From Bdellovibrionales bacterium (lineage in GTDB: Bacteria > Bdellovibrionota > Bdellovibrionia > Bdellovibrionales > JAGQZY01), in NCBI GenBank assembly GCA_031426555.1, contig JANPLN010000039.1, positions 1-58,045 of the forward strand: a DNA stretch of 58,045 nucleotides. The letters run 5' to 3'. The stretch's first letter is position 1. Each line of letters begins with the position of its first letter. Below the pieces are notes generated by a model. It worked only from the letters and a program-made list of their open reading frames with translations, had not been told where the DNA came from and searched no databases. Of the stretch, positions 18,123-26,990 are shown in pieces. Position numbers and translations under genes: made by a program.

Positions 18123-20141
18123 GTGAAATTCTTTTTTTGTTTTTCTTTTTTATTTTTAGTGGCCTCGGCCGAAGCGACGTTCGAAGCCAAATCGGATTGG
18201 CAATACAATGCCTTTCCTTTTTTGCCAAAAAACATTCCGCAAAAAAAGAACGAGCCCGAAGTTTTAAAAATCGGGAAAACTCCCTTGCATGCATTGATGA
18301 GCCGGCAAAGCGGAACCCACGTGCGCTGGGGCGTGGAGCAGGTTTATTTATCCAAAAATTTAAAAAAGAAAGTTTTTGTTAAGTACAATGTCTCGCTCAG
18401 CTCCGCAGCGCCCATTGGCGGGTGGCTGCGACTTAAAAAAGGCCAAGTGCTGCATCTGCGAAAAGGAAAATCCATTGTCGCCTATATGGCGCAAGGTTTT
18501 AACAATCGAGAGCTTTACGAACTGCAAATGCAGCTGCGAGACCAACCAAAAGTCACCGAATGGAATCCGTTTATCAACTGCGCCCATGCAGAGGTAGTGA
18601 CTTCGCCAGATGGCAGTGTTTATTACGACACCGAACAAAACACGGCACGTGCAGCACCCGCTGCGAGTTCGTCGTGGCTCAGTCGTGCGGGCAGTATTTC
18701 TCTGTGTGTGGGGGCCGAAACTTTAGAGGCTTCCAAAGAGTCGGCACGGCAGCTCTGGGAAAATGCGTCTCTGGGTGGATTTGCTTCCGGTGCTCAGGCT
18801 GCAGCTTCCGCGGCCTGGCAGGCAATTCCGTCGCGCGAAGAAATTCGCAGCGGTTGGAACGCGACCACAGAGTTTGTTAGCACGGCTTGGAATCAGCCAG
18901 AGCAAGCCTGGAGTGACGTTGTGGACGGCTTTGATCGCTCTCTCCAAGCTATTGCACGAATTGCCGAAAAAATTGCAGACAGTGTGGAAGGATTTTTTGA
19001 TCTCAGCGAGGAAATTCAGAATCGACTTGTTTGTGATGGCGTTACATTTTTTGCGCAGAGGCGTGCCTTGAGTGCCGTTATGGTCATGACGGGGGCGGGG
19101 ACAGCCGCTGCGATCGCGCTCATCACGTCCACCGCCTTACAATACGCCGACCGTATCAAACCGATCATACACATTCTTCGCGTTTTAAATGTATCCGACT
19201 TTGACTCCAGCGAAAAAATGCAACAAGTGGAAGCTTTGCTCAAGGGATCCATGTCCCAGCAGGAACAACAATCTTTGTTGGAACGGCACGGTGATTTTTT
19301 GTCAACAGCCGCAGCAACAACAGCAACTCCCTCTGTGGCCAGTCGTCTTGCGGCAGTTAGAAACATGAGTGAAGCTGAGCGTACGGCAATGCTTCAAGCC
19401 TCGAGCCGCCTGGATACTCCAGGTCGCGTTCGTGCCGCTGAGGCCGCCCTTGGCCGCAATCTAACACCAAAGCAAAGGTTAGCTCTAGAGGAAGCCCATG
19501 AGATTGGTTACCCAAGGGGTTTTGGAACTTATACGCCGCGAGACCTTTTAGAAAAACGGCGAGCACTCGGGCGAGCTGGAATTGAAGGACCCGAGGCCGA
19601 GCTTCTCCTCCGCCAAGGAATCGCAGGTCAGTATGTTTCTGGCTCCGTCACTTTTGCAGCGCCGGGAGGAGCCCTTGCGTCGACCGGGGGTAATGTTTTT
19701 GCCGCGACAACAAATCCAAATTTCACTTTGATGAAACTGACCACGCCTGCGGAATTTACCCAAGCGCGGACGTTCTTTAACAACCGAGCACAAGACGCCT
19801 TAAAAAATAATCGAACGTCCTATGCGCGCTCCGATTTTCTTTCAGCAGGAAATCACGAGGGGTATATTGAAACTTTTATAAGTCCAAGGCCAGACGGAGG
19901 CTATCGCATGGTGGACTCCGCAGAGGCTCGAGCCGCTATTGCGCAGCTCCAGCGGGAGATCAAATCGGTTTCGATCACTGATGCGGGACGAGTGAATATT
20001 CCCACGACGGGTTTAACAACCGAGCGCTTCACCCAAGGCGAAGCCCTGTACTCCAATGAATATGTGAGTCACTATCAGGGTGTGCGCCAGCGCGCGATCA
20101 AAGAGTTGCAGGAGTGGCTCAGCACAGCCGATTCTCCTTAA
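18123..20141 (+). CDS. Large secreted hypothetical protein
   Basis: GTG 18123 gives signal peptide VKFFFCFSFLFLVASAEA (ORF track start 18048); central amphipathic/hydrophobic region; no recognised catalytic motif. Confidence 0.7.
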   Translation: MKFFFCFSFLFLVASAEATFEAKSDWQYNAFPFLPKNIPQKKNEPEVLKIGKTPLHALMSRQSGTHVRWGVEQVYLSKNLKKKVFVKYNVSLSSAAPIGGWLRLKKGQVLHLRKGKSIVAYMAQGFNNRELYELQMQLRDQPKVTEWNPFINCAHAEVVTSPDGSVYYDTEQNTARAAPAASSSWLSRAGSISLCVGAETLEASKESARQLWENASLGGFASGAQAAASAAWQAIPSREEIRSGWNATTEFVSTAWNQPEQAWSDVVDGFDRSLQAIARIAEKIADSVEGFFDLSEEIQNRLVCDGVTFFAQRRALSAVMVMTGAGTAAAIALITSTALQYADRIKPIIHILRVLNVSDFDSSEKMQQVEALLKGSMSQQEQQSLLERHGDFLSTAAATTATPSVASRLAAVRNMSEAERTAMLQASSRLDTPGRVRAAEAALGRNLTPKQRLALEEAHEIGYPRGFGTYTPRDLLEKRRALGRAGIEGPEAELLLRQGIAGQYVSGSVTFAAPGGALASTGGNVFAATTNPNFTLMKLTTPAEFTQARTFFNNRAQDALKNNRTSYARSDFLSAGNHEGYIETFISPRPDGGYRMVDSAEARAAIAQLQREIKSVSITDAGRVNIPTTGLTTERFTQGEALYSNEYVSHYQGVRQRAIKELQEWLSTADSP

Positions 20142-20151
20142 ACCTTTATTT

Positions 20152-20883
20152 CTATTTATTCAAACCCGAGGGGATAAAAATTTCGATGCGGCGATTGTCG
20201 GATCGACCTTGAGCGGTTTCGTTGCCCGCGATCGGTTTGGTGTCGGCGTAACTTGCGGCCGAGAGCCGCGCGGGTGGAATATTAAAATCGCTGATAAATA
20301 AACGCACAACAGTTGTGGCGCGCATGGCACCCAGCTCCCAATTTGTCTTGATATCTCCGTCGCCATTGAGTGGCTGATTGTCGGTGTGCCCTTCAACAAC
20401 CACGGGGCGGTTGGAATTTTTAAGAATGATGGCAAGCTTTCCTAGGGAAACAAAAGAGGCAGGATTCAAAGCGGCAGCACCGGGTTGAAATAAATTCGAC
20501 GACTGCAAACGAATGCGCACGCCTTTGGAGTCGTACGTGATATCTTGAATGATGCTGCCTTTTTCTTCCTTATTTAAACGCGTATTAATTTTTTTTTGAT
20601 AGTAACTCTGCATGTCTATCGGCATGGCATTTTTCATTTGCTTGCCGATGGGGTCCAATTCCGAGCCCACTTGCATATTGAGTGGATTAAAACCACCGCC
20701 GTAGATGCCTAAGTTAAGACTGTTGCGGATAGATCCTTCAAATTGCTTTTGTTTGGCGGGATTGGATTGCGAAGTGGCATAAAGCACAACAAAAAATGCA
20801 AAGAGGAGAGTGATGAAGTCGGCATAAGACACCAGCCAACGCTCATGGTTCTCGTGCTCCTCGTGCTTTTTCTTTTTAGCCAT
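20152..20883 (-). CDS. motB: Flagellar stator protein MotB
   Basis: WLVSYADFITLLFAFFVVLY; OmpA-like EGHTD...NWELGAMRA...NRRIEI. Confidence 0.95.
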   Translation of the reverse strand: MAKKKKHEEHENHERWLVSYADFITLLFAFFVVLYATSQSNPAKQKQFEGSIRNSLNLGIYGGGFNPLNMQVGSELDPIGKQMKNAMPIDMQSYYQKKINTRLNKEEKGSIIQDITYDSKGVRIRLQSSNLFQPGAAALNPASFVSLGKLAIILKNSNRPVVVEGHTDNQPLNGDGDIKTNWELGAMRATTVVRLFISDFNIPPARLSAASYADTKPIAGNETAQGRSDNRRIEIFIPSGLNK

Positions 20884-21634
20884 TTTCTTCTTCTATTCCA
20901 GTGTAGGCACGAAGTTTACGCTCTACGATTTTTGGATTGAGGCCGGCGCCGATCATCAAAGCGCCTTCAAGCAGGGCCTGTCGCTCAGAGGTGTGGTGGT
21001 GAGCTTTCTTTTTAATTTTGTTACCAGCCGGCAAAAAGAAAAGATTCGCCGCTCCCACTCCGTAAACTGTGGCCACGAACGCCACCGCGATACCCGGGCC
21101 CAATTTTGTGGGATCAGACAAATTATTCATCACGTGAATGAGTCCGAGAACAGCTCCGATGATTCCAATAGTGGGGCAAAAGCCGCCGGCATCGGTCCAT
21201 ATCTTTGAGCCTGCAGCAATTACTTCTTCTTCCTTTTGCATGCGAGTTTCAAAAATATCACGAACTGTAACGGGATCAATTCCATCGATCACTGCAGAAA
21301 TAGCATCTCTAAAAAAATCATTTTCAATGGTATTGAGTCTTTTTTCCAAAGAGAGAATGGATTCTTTTTTGGCAATCTGTGCACATTGGATAATTTCATC
21401 CAGGTTTTTTTTCATATCCGTATGCGAATCAAAAAATGTTTTTCCAAAGTATTTGAGGCCGGTTTTGAGATCGGACATGGTGTTCGAAAACATCACAGCA
21501 CCTATGGTGCCACCTAGCACGATGATTGCGGCGGTTAATTGCATCAGGGAATCAAGGTGACCCCCTTCCATCGCGTTGCCACCCAAGATTGCTGCCAAAC
21601 CAATAATGAAACCGAGAATTGTTGCTAAATCCAT
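20876..21634 (-). CDS. motA: Flagellar stator protein MotA
   Basis: GGFCPTIGIIGAVLGLI; GIAVAFVATVYGV; 4 TM. Confidence 0.95.
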   Translation of the reverse strand: MDLATILGFIIGLAAILGGNAMEGGHLDSLMQLTAAIIVLGGTIGAVMFSNTMSDLKTGLKYFGKTFFDSHTDMKKNLDEIIQCAQIAKKESILSLEKRLNTIENDFFRDAISAVIDGIDPVTVRDIFETRMQKEEEVIAAGSKIWTDAGGFCPTIGIIGAVLGLIHVMNNLSDPTKLGPGIAVAFVATVYGVGAANLFFLPAGNKIKKKAHHHTSERQALLEGALMIGAGLNPKIVERKLRAYTGIEEENG

Positions 21635-21667
21635 GAAATCAGTATGCCGATTCTCTCTTGGTGAAGG

Positions 21668-21694
21668 TAGTCGGGAGCTTAGAACCTGGACTTA
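21668..21694 (-). promoter_or_regulatory. sigma28-like promoter of motAB
   Basis: Minus strand TAAG-N15-CCCGACTA; motAB is a typical sigma28 target. Confidence 0.5.
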
Positions 21695-21722
21695 GAACCC
21701 GGAGCTTGCTAGAACACTGGGC

Positions 21723-22811
21723 ATGGATAAAAACTGGTCCGATTGGATGTGGCAACAATCACATGCGATAAAGGATTTTTCACAGCTCAAACAACAACTG
21801 CCCTGGGTGGAGAACGGACTCGAAGCCACATCGGCGTACTTCCGACTCCAGGTGACGCCGTATTATCTTAGCCTGCTCGATGCAAGCAATCCACAGGACC
21901 CGTTAGCAAAAATTTGCATTCCTTCCTTACAAGAGCTCATCACTTCCGAAGAGGAACTGGGGGACCCTATCGGCGATCGTGTTTATACCGAAGAACTCAA
22001 GCACAGTCCCACAGCTGCCATAGTTCATCGTTATCCTGATCGCTGTTTGCTTCTCTTAACGCCGCTTTGTTCGTCCTATTGTCGCTATTGTTTTCGCCGC
22101 GAGATTGTGAGCAAAGCTGAAAATTCAATTTCAGCAGACGTCTTGGAAAACTCCTTCGAATATATTCAAAATACGCCGCAGTTGCGGGAAGTGATTCTTT
22201 CCGGAGGGGATCCGCTTTTACTGTCAGACAATAAGCTTGCCGACGTTTTAAGTAAGCTCGATAATGTCAAACACTTGCGATCGGTGCGCATTCACACACG
22301 CTTTCCTATTTTTAATCCGTTTCGCATCACCGATGAGTTCGTAAATAGGATCGGCGCCTTTTCCCGTCCACTGGTTATCATGCTGCATATTATGCATCCG
22401 CGCGAAGTGACTGCGGAGTTTAAAAACGCCATGGAAAAATTGCGCAAGGCCGGCATTGTGCTGCTGAATCAGAGCGTTTTAATCAAAGGCTGTAATGATG
22501 ATGTGGAGACTCTCAAAGAATTAAGTTATTGCTTAGCAGATTGCGGAATAGTTCCGCAGTACTTGCATCTGTTGGATCGGGCCAAAGGCACATCGCACTT
22601 CCGCGTTTCCGTTGATCAGGCGCAAAAGTTGCTCCAGCAACTGCGCGGTCGAATATCGGGTCACCTCATCCCACAACTCACACTGGAAATCCCCGGAGGC
22701 TACGGTAAGATTCCGATGGAAACAAATTACTATGAGCAGCTGACAAAAGAATCCTATCAACTCCGTTCACCGCATCTGCCGCATAAAACAATCAACTACC
22801 GAGATCTCTAA
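21723..22811 (+). CDS. KamA/EpmB-family radical SAM aminomutase
   Basis: HRYPDR, CSSYCRYCFRR, SGGDPL, NQSVL, IPGGYGK. Confidence 0.92.
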   Translation: MDKNWSDWMWQQSHAIKDFSQLKQQLPWVENGLEATSAYFRLQVTPYYLSLLDASNPQDPLAKICIPSLQELITSEEELGDPIGDRVYTEELKHSPTAAIVHRYPDRCLLLLTPLCSSYCRYCFRREIVSKAENSISADVLENSFEYIQNTPQLREVILSGGDPLLLSDNKLADVLSKLDNVKHLRSVRIHTRFPIFNPFRITDEFVNRIGAFSRPLVIMLHIMHPREVTAEFKNAMEKLRKAGIVLLNQSVLIKGCNDDVETLKELSYCLADCGIVPQYLHLLDRAKGTSHFRVSVDQAQKLLQQLRGRISGHLIPQLTLEIPGGYGKIPMETNYYEQLTKESYQLRSPHLPHKTINYRDL

Positions 22812-22812
22812 A

Positions 22813-24036
22813 ATGCGTGACCGTCAATTTTTCCCATTGTTTTGGACCCAATTTTTAGGAGCCTTTAACGACAACCTCCTTAAAAATGCTCTGGTGATGG
22901 TGGTGGCCACGCGAGCCCTCTCCGTATTTGGTGTTCCCTCCGATCAGTCGGTGGCTTTGGCGGGGGGCCTCTTTATTTTGCCCTTCTTTTTGTTTTCAGG
23001 AATCGCGGGCGAACTTTCTGATAAATACGATAAAAGCCGTGTGCTGCAAGGAACAAAATTGTTGGAGATTGCGGTTATGCTTTTTTCGGCAGCCGCACTT
23101 TGGATTGAAAATTTTGATTTTTTAATGATCACATTATTTTTTATGGGCCTTCAGTCTGCCTTTTTTGGACCGGCCAAATTTAGCATCCTGCCGCAACATT
23201 TACCCCCGGAAAAACTGATGCAAGCCAATGCCTGGGTGGAAGCAGGAACTTTTCTGGCTATTTTACTGGGGACGATTTCGGGCGGGGTGCTGGTGTTAAT
23301 GCCAAACGGTTTGTTGATTGTTGCCGGCGTCTTAGTGTTCATTTCTATTCTTGGTTTTTTAACCAGTCTGTTTATTCCGCGGGCGCCATCGCCGCACTCT
23401 GGTCATTTTGCCATGGACTGGAATCCCTTAAGTACAACGTGGAAGCATTTTCAACTATCCGCCAAAGACCCCGCGGTGTTTTCGGCAATGATGGCAGGCT
23501 CTTGTTTTTGGTTTGTCGGAGCCATGATTTTATCTCTTCTTCCCGCCTTGTGTTTAAAGCATTTAAAATTATCAGAGAGCTCCATCACCATCTATCTCGT
23601 TGTTTTTTCGGTGGGAGTGGGCGTTGGGTCCTTTTTATGTTCTCGTCTTTCGAAAAATAAGGTGGATCTGCGACTTGTCTTTAAAGCTTTATTAGCAATG
23701 ACTGTCTGTTTGCTGTATCTCGCTGTTTTCAACAGCACGTTGATCGTGGCTGGTGTGGGGCTTTTTTGCCTTTCCGTGGCCAGCGGACTTTATATCGTTC
23801 CACTCAACACGCTGATCCAAGAGCAGTCAGATGTGAAAGTGCGCTCACAAGTGATTGCGGCCTATAACATCAGCAATTCATTTTTTATGGTCTTAGCGTC
23901 GCTTTTACTGATGCTTTTCTTTTCGCTAAAGATCTCCATAGGTGGAATCTTTTTTATTTTATTTCTTCTGAGTGTGGCTGCGATTGTGTGTTTAAGAGGT
24001 ACCCTGCAAGGCTTAACAAAAAAGGTCCAAGAATAA
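22813..24036 (+). CDS. MFS transporter (LplT/Aas-associated type)
   Basis: FWTQFLGAFNDNLLK; LFILPFFLFS; QSAFFGPAK; multiple TM helices. Confidence 0.88.
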   Translation: MRDRQFFPLFWTQFLGAFNDNLLKNALVMVVATRALSVFGVPSDQSVALAGGLFILPFFLFSGIAGELSDKYDKSRVLQGTKLLEIAVMLFSAAALWIENFDFLMITLFFMGLQSAFFGPAKFSILPQHLPPEKLMQANAWVEAGTFLAILLGTISGGVLVLMPNGLLIVAGVLVFISILGFLTSLFIPRAPSPHSGHFAMDWNPLSTTWKHFQLSAKDPAVFSAMMAGSCFWFVGAMILSLLPALCLKHLKLSESSITIYLVVFSVGVGVGSFLCSRLSKNKVDLRLVFKALLAMTVCLLYLAVFNSTLIVAGVGLFCLSVASGLYIVPLNTLIQEQSDVKVRSQVIAAYNISNSFFMVLASLLLMLFFSLKISIGGIFFILFLLSVAAIVCLRGTLQGLTKKVQE

Positions 24037-25036
24037 GGCCCTTAAGTCCAAACAGGCTGATACTGCCGATCAAACAGAAAAACGAGATAAAGGGGTTGAT
24101 GACGGTATTTGCTTGCGACAGCAAAAGTACCCGAAGCACGTTATCCATGGTGGAAGCAATCACTCCCGCTACGATAAAAATGATCAACGACGACGGCCCA
24201 AAAAGGTAATAGCCATGTAAGCCTCCAACCACGATGATTGGCAAAAGACCCACAACTGGGACAAATGAAAATGCGAAGGCCACGATAAAATAAACCGGCC
24301 ACATATCGATCCCGCTGATCAAGGCGCCCAAACTGATGATGACTCCTTGAGTGATTGCCACGACAAAAGTGGAAACCACGGTATCGTAGGCGCTCAATTC
24401 GCAAAACTGAAAAACCGTTTTCAATCGCTCTCGAGCCTTTGCAGACTGGGTGTACATAAAAATTTTAAATTTTGCATTTTTGTAAGAGCGCGCCACAATA
24501 AAAGACGAGATCGAAAAAACAAAAAGTCCTAGCAAGATCTCCGGAAAACTTGCAATCACCTGTAGAAAGCCAGACACAATGAGCTCTGCGCCTTTGGCAA
24601 TAGTTTCGCTCACCTTAGCATCAACAAAACTAACCGCCTCTTGGCTGTCTAAAAAATACGATGCAATACCGGTAAACGTTTGTTTCATCGGCGTCAGCCA
24701 GTTAACGAGTTGATCCATGAGGTTACTTTTGTTGGCCGCCTCAGGCAGTCTAGTCAAAGTTGTAAAAAAATGCGAAACACCAAAAAATACAGCCGTTAAA
24801 AAACCAATGGTTCCCGCGGTGATGCCCCCGATAATGAGTCTCCTTTTTTTTGGATTATAGGTGGCCATTCTCTTTTGGAATTCGAGATACGCCATGTAGC
24901 AAATTGTGGAGAGTACAAAAATGGCGATGAAGTCGATGAGCATGATCGCAATAAGAGCGATGGCTAAAAACGAATAGAGGAAGCGGCTTTCGTGGACCAT
25001 GGTTTCCCAATGGTCATTGCGCTGGAGCGTCTTCAT
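23954..25036 (-). CDS. AI-2E (UPF0118) family membrane protein
   Basis: Multi-TM; SFVPVVG, DNVLR, FGLKGLILGP. Confidence 0.85.
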   Translation of the reverse strand: MKTLQRNDHWETMVHESRFLYSFLAIALIAIMLIDFIAIFVLSTICYMAYLEFQKRMATYNPKKRRLIIGGITAGTIGFLTAVFFGVSHFFTTLTRLPEAANKSNLMDQLVNWLTPMKQTFTGIASYFLDSQEAVSFVDAKVSETIAKGAELIVSGFLQVIASFPEILLGLFVFSISSFIVARSYKNAKFKIFMYTQSAKARERLKTVFQFCELSAYDTVVSTFVVAITQGVIISLGALISGIDMWPVYFIVAFAFSFVPVVGLLPIIVVGGLHGYYLFGPSSLIIFIVAGVIASTMDNVLRVLLLSQANTVINPFISFFCLIGSISLFGLKGLILGPFLLSLAGYLLNTQSQPHSEEIK

Positions 25037-25463
25037 TAAGCTTTCCTTGGTACTGAGCCAGTCGGCTAAGAATAAAACTTTTCATATCCTGCTTTAAAAC
25101 TTTATGCTGAACATAAAAATGTTTCAAATCGACACTGCGTTTAAGAAGGTTTGCAGAGGAGGACATTAAAATTACCGGAACTTTGTTTTGATACAGATCC
25201 GAGTTTTGAATGCTTCGATCTGTTTCAATAAAATTATCTATGCGCGAAAGAAGTTCATGGCCAGAAATTTCGGGGATATTAATATCTATAAACATAAGAT
25301 CATACTCATTGTTTGCCATATCCAAAAGGGCATCGTACGGGTTAGCGACAATTTTGTAAGTCAGCTCCGTGGGACTAAACTTTCCCAGCATATGATCAAA
25401 AGCAGCTCCCATGTCCAAATCGTCATCGACGATTAAAATATGCAGACATGTCTTAACTCTCAT
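25014..25463 (-). CDS. Single-domain response regulator (atypical, with insertion)
   Basis: ILIVDDD, DLMFIDINIPEISG, VPVILMSS; probable ATG 25463 (ORF track 25490). Confidence 0.82.
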   Translation of the reverse strand: MRVKTCLHILIVDDDLDMGAAFDHMLGKFSPTELTYKIVANPYDALLDMANNEYDLMFIDINIPEISGHELLSRIDNFIETDRSIQNSDLYQNKVPVILMSSSANLLKRSVDLKHFYVQHKVLKQDMKSFILSRLAQYQGKLNEDAPAQ

Positions 25464-25488
25464 CGACTCACCCCCGTATGTGCCCGAC

Positions 25489-25518
25489 AAAAAAATGCGG
25501 AAGCCGAAGCCTCCGCAT
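25489..25518 (-). terminator. Intrinsic terminator with UUCG loop after the OMP gene
   Basis: Minus strand ATGCGGAGGC-TTCG-GCTTCCGCAT followed by a T-tract. Confidence 0.7.
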
Positions 25519-25575
25519 AAAACAGCCTGTGGTACTACTGGGCGTCGTAGTAGCTGTTTTGAGAAATAAATCTTG

Positions 25576-26175
25576 TTATAACTGAATCGGGAATGAGACG
25601 CTTGCTAACCAAGATTTATTCTCAAGATCTACGCTGCTAAAATCTGCGGGACCAAAAGGACCAGCTTCTTGCACCTGAGCTGTGTCATATGTGATTTCTT
25701 GATACTCAATATTCACGCTCACAGCTTGAAAACGAAGACCAGCACCAACTCTAAAACCTTTACCATCTTTAAATTTTGCATCAAAAGAAGATCCATCTGG
25801 ATCAAGCTCTCCGCCAGCGATGTAAGAACCCCAAATGCGCAGTCCGTAGTCAGGCATTTGCATTCCAATTACCGGACCCCAGTTGTAGGCCTTGGCGTCT
25901 TCTTTCCAGTCGCCGAATTCTGATTTTGGCATTGAATAACGCGCATCCGCTCCGAGAAAAAAGGCTTCATTTAAATGAAAGCCAAGGCGAGCGCCGAGAC
26001 CGAATCCAAAAACATCTCCATCGGTCGATCCGAGAGGTGCAGGAAAGTTAATTTCTCCGCTTCCCATTTCGTAGGTCACAGCTGGCTCAACAAATAAACC
26101 GCCGTCATCATTTGCGAAGGCAAAATTCGCAGTCAAAAGAGCTATTGCAATGGATGTAAATTTAATTAATTTCAC
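25576..26175 (-). CDS. Small outer-membrane beta-barrel protein
   Basis: GTG start with AGGAG RBS (ORF track 26193); signal peptide ending AFA; alternating beta strands. Confidence 0.8.
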   Translation of the reverse strand: MKLIKFTSIAIALLTANFAFANDDGGLFVEPAVTYEMGSGEINFPAPLGSTDGDVFGFGLGARLGFHLNEAFFLGADARYSMPKSEFGDWKEDAKAYNWGPVIGMQMPDYGLRIWGSYIAGGELDPDGSSFDAKFKDGKGFRVGAGLRFQAVSVNIEYQEITYDTAQVQEAGPFGPADFSSVDLENKSWLASVSFPIQL

Positions 26176-26189
26176 GAAAAACTCCTTAT

Positions 26190-26474
26190 TCATTTTTTAT
26201 CAACCTTGTTACCGACTTCGTTCACTTTCGTTTTTGCTGCATCCATTGCATTCTGACCTGTGTGCTTTACCTGCTTGGCTACGCACTCCATTTTTCCGTT
26301 GATCATTTCACATGTTTTGTCTTTAACATCGCGAGCTGTATTTTTAACCGAATCAACAGCTTTATTTTTAACGTTCTCAGCTTTTTCGAGATTTGTTTCT
26401 TCTGCTTGAAGCGAAAAAGAACCGAAAAGGCCTAAACATAATATTGTGAGTGTGGACAGTTTTTTCATAATCAC
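26190..26474 (-). CDS. Small secreted hydrophilic (LEA-like) protein
   Basis: Signal peptide; K/A/D-rich helices; C-x7-C pair. Confidence 0.75.
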   Translation of the reverse strand: MIMKKLSTLTILCLGLFGSFSLQAEETNLEKAENVKNKAVDSVKNTARDVKDKTCEMINGKMECVAKQVKHTGQNAMDAAKTKVNEVGNKVDKK

Positions 26475-26540
26475 CTTTCTGTGAATGCTAAACTTAAAGA
26501 TTAATTTCTAATTTTTGATTATCTATTGTTGTTTGTTGTA

Positions 26541-26580
26541 TTGACGGCCGCTCTTGCCATTAGCAACAAGCGGCCGTTAA
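26541..26580. terminator. Intergenic stem-loop after the DUF1328 gene
   Basis: TTGACGGCCGCT...AGCGGCCGTTAA inverted repeat. Confidence 0.5.
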
Positions 26581-26599
26581 CTTAATTACAGTCTACTGA

Positions 26600-26782
26600 C
26601 TAAGGAAGTTTTGTAGAGCTTCGGCCTGTGACGAGGGAGCCAACAAAGCTCACTGCCGCTAGGATCAAGAATGCGATAAGCAACATTCTACCAATTTCCA
26701 TGGACATTCCACCGACTCCGCTTGCGCCCAAAAAGTAAGCTACCAAAGCGATTACAAAAAACCCAATTGCTGCACGTACCAT
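26600..26782 (-). CDS. DUF1328 (YtjA/UPF0391) small membrane protein
   Basis: MVRAAIGFFVIALVAYFLGASGVGG...IGRMLL pattern; AAGGAGG RBS. Confidence 0.88.
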   Translation of the reverse strand: MVRAAIGFFVIALVAYFLGASGVGGMSMEIGRMLLIAFLILAAVSFVGSLVTGRSSTKLP

Positions 26783-26851
26783 ATTTATCCTCCTTATTAT
26801 TTTTCATTCCCTGGAAGCGAATCAATTCCGTCATCCATTCAATTTGGTATC

Positions 26852-26867
26852 AGCAAGCAATGTGCCA
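26852..26867 (-). promoter_or_regulatory. sigma54 -24/-12 promoter
   Basis: Minus strand TGGCAC-ATTGC-TTGCT, full consensus. Confidence 0.88.
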
Positions 26868-26915
26868 GTAATTTAGAGGCTTTAAATGAATTATTTTGCC
26901 GTTTAGAATTTTTTC

Positions 26916-26930
26916 GTCCAAAAGAAGTAC
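26916..26930. promoter_or_regulatory. Candidate bEBP upstream activating sequence
   Basis: GTCC-AAAAGAA-GTAC; weaker second site GAGT-ATTATTT-GTAC at 26939-26953. Confidence 0.65.
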
Positions 26931-26990
26931 GTTTGCTTGAGTATTATTTGTACCTGTGTTAACTAAATTCTAAGCGTTTAGGAGGATTAC

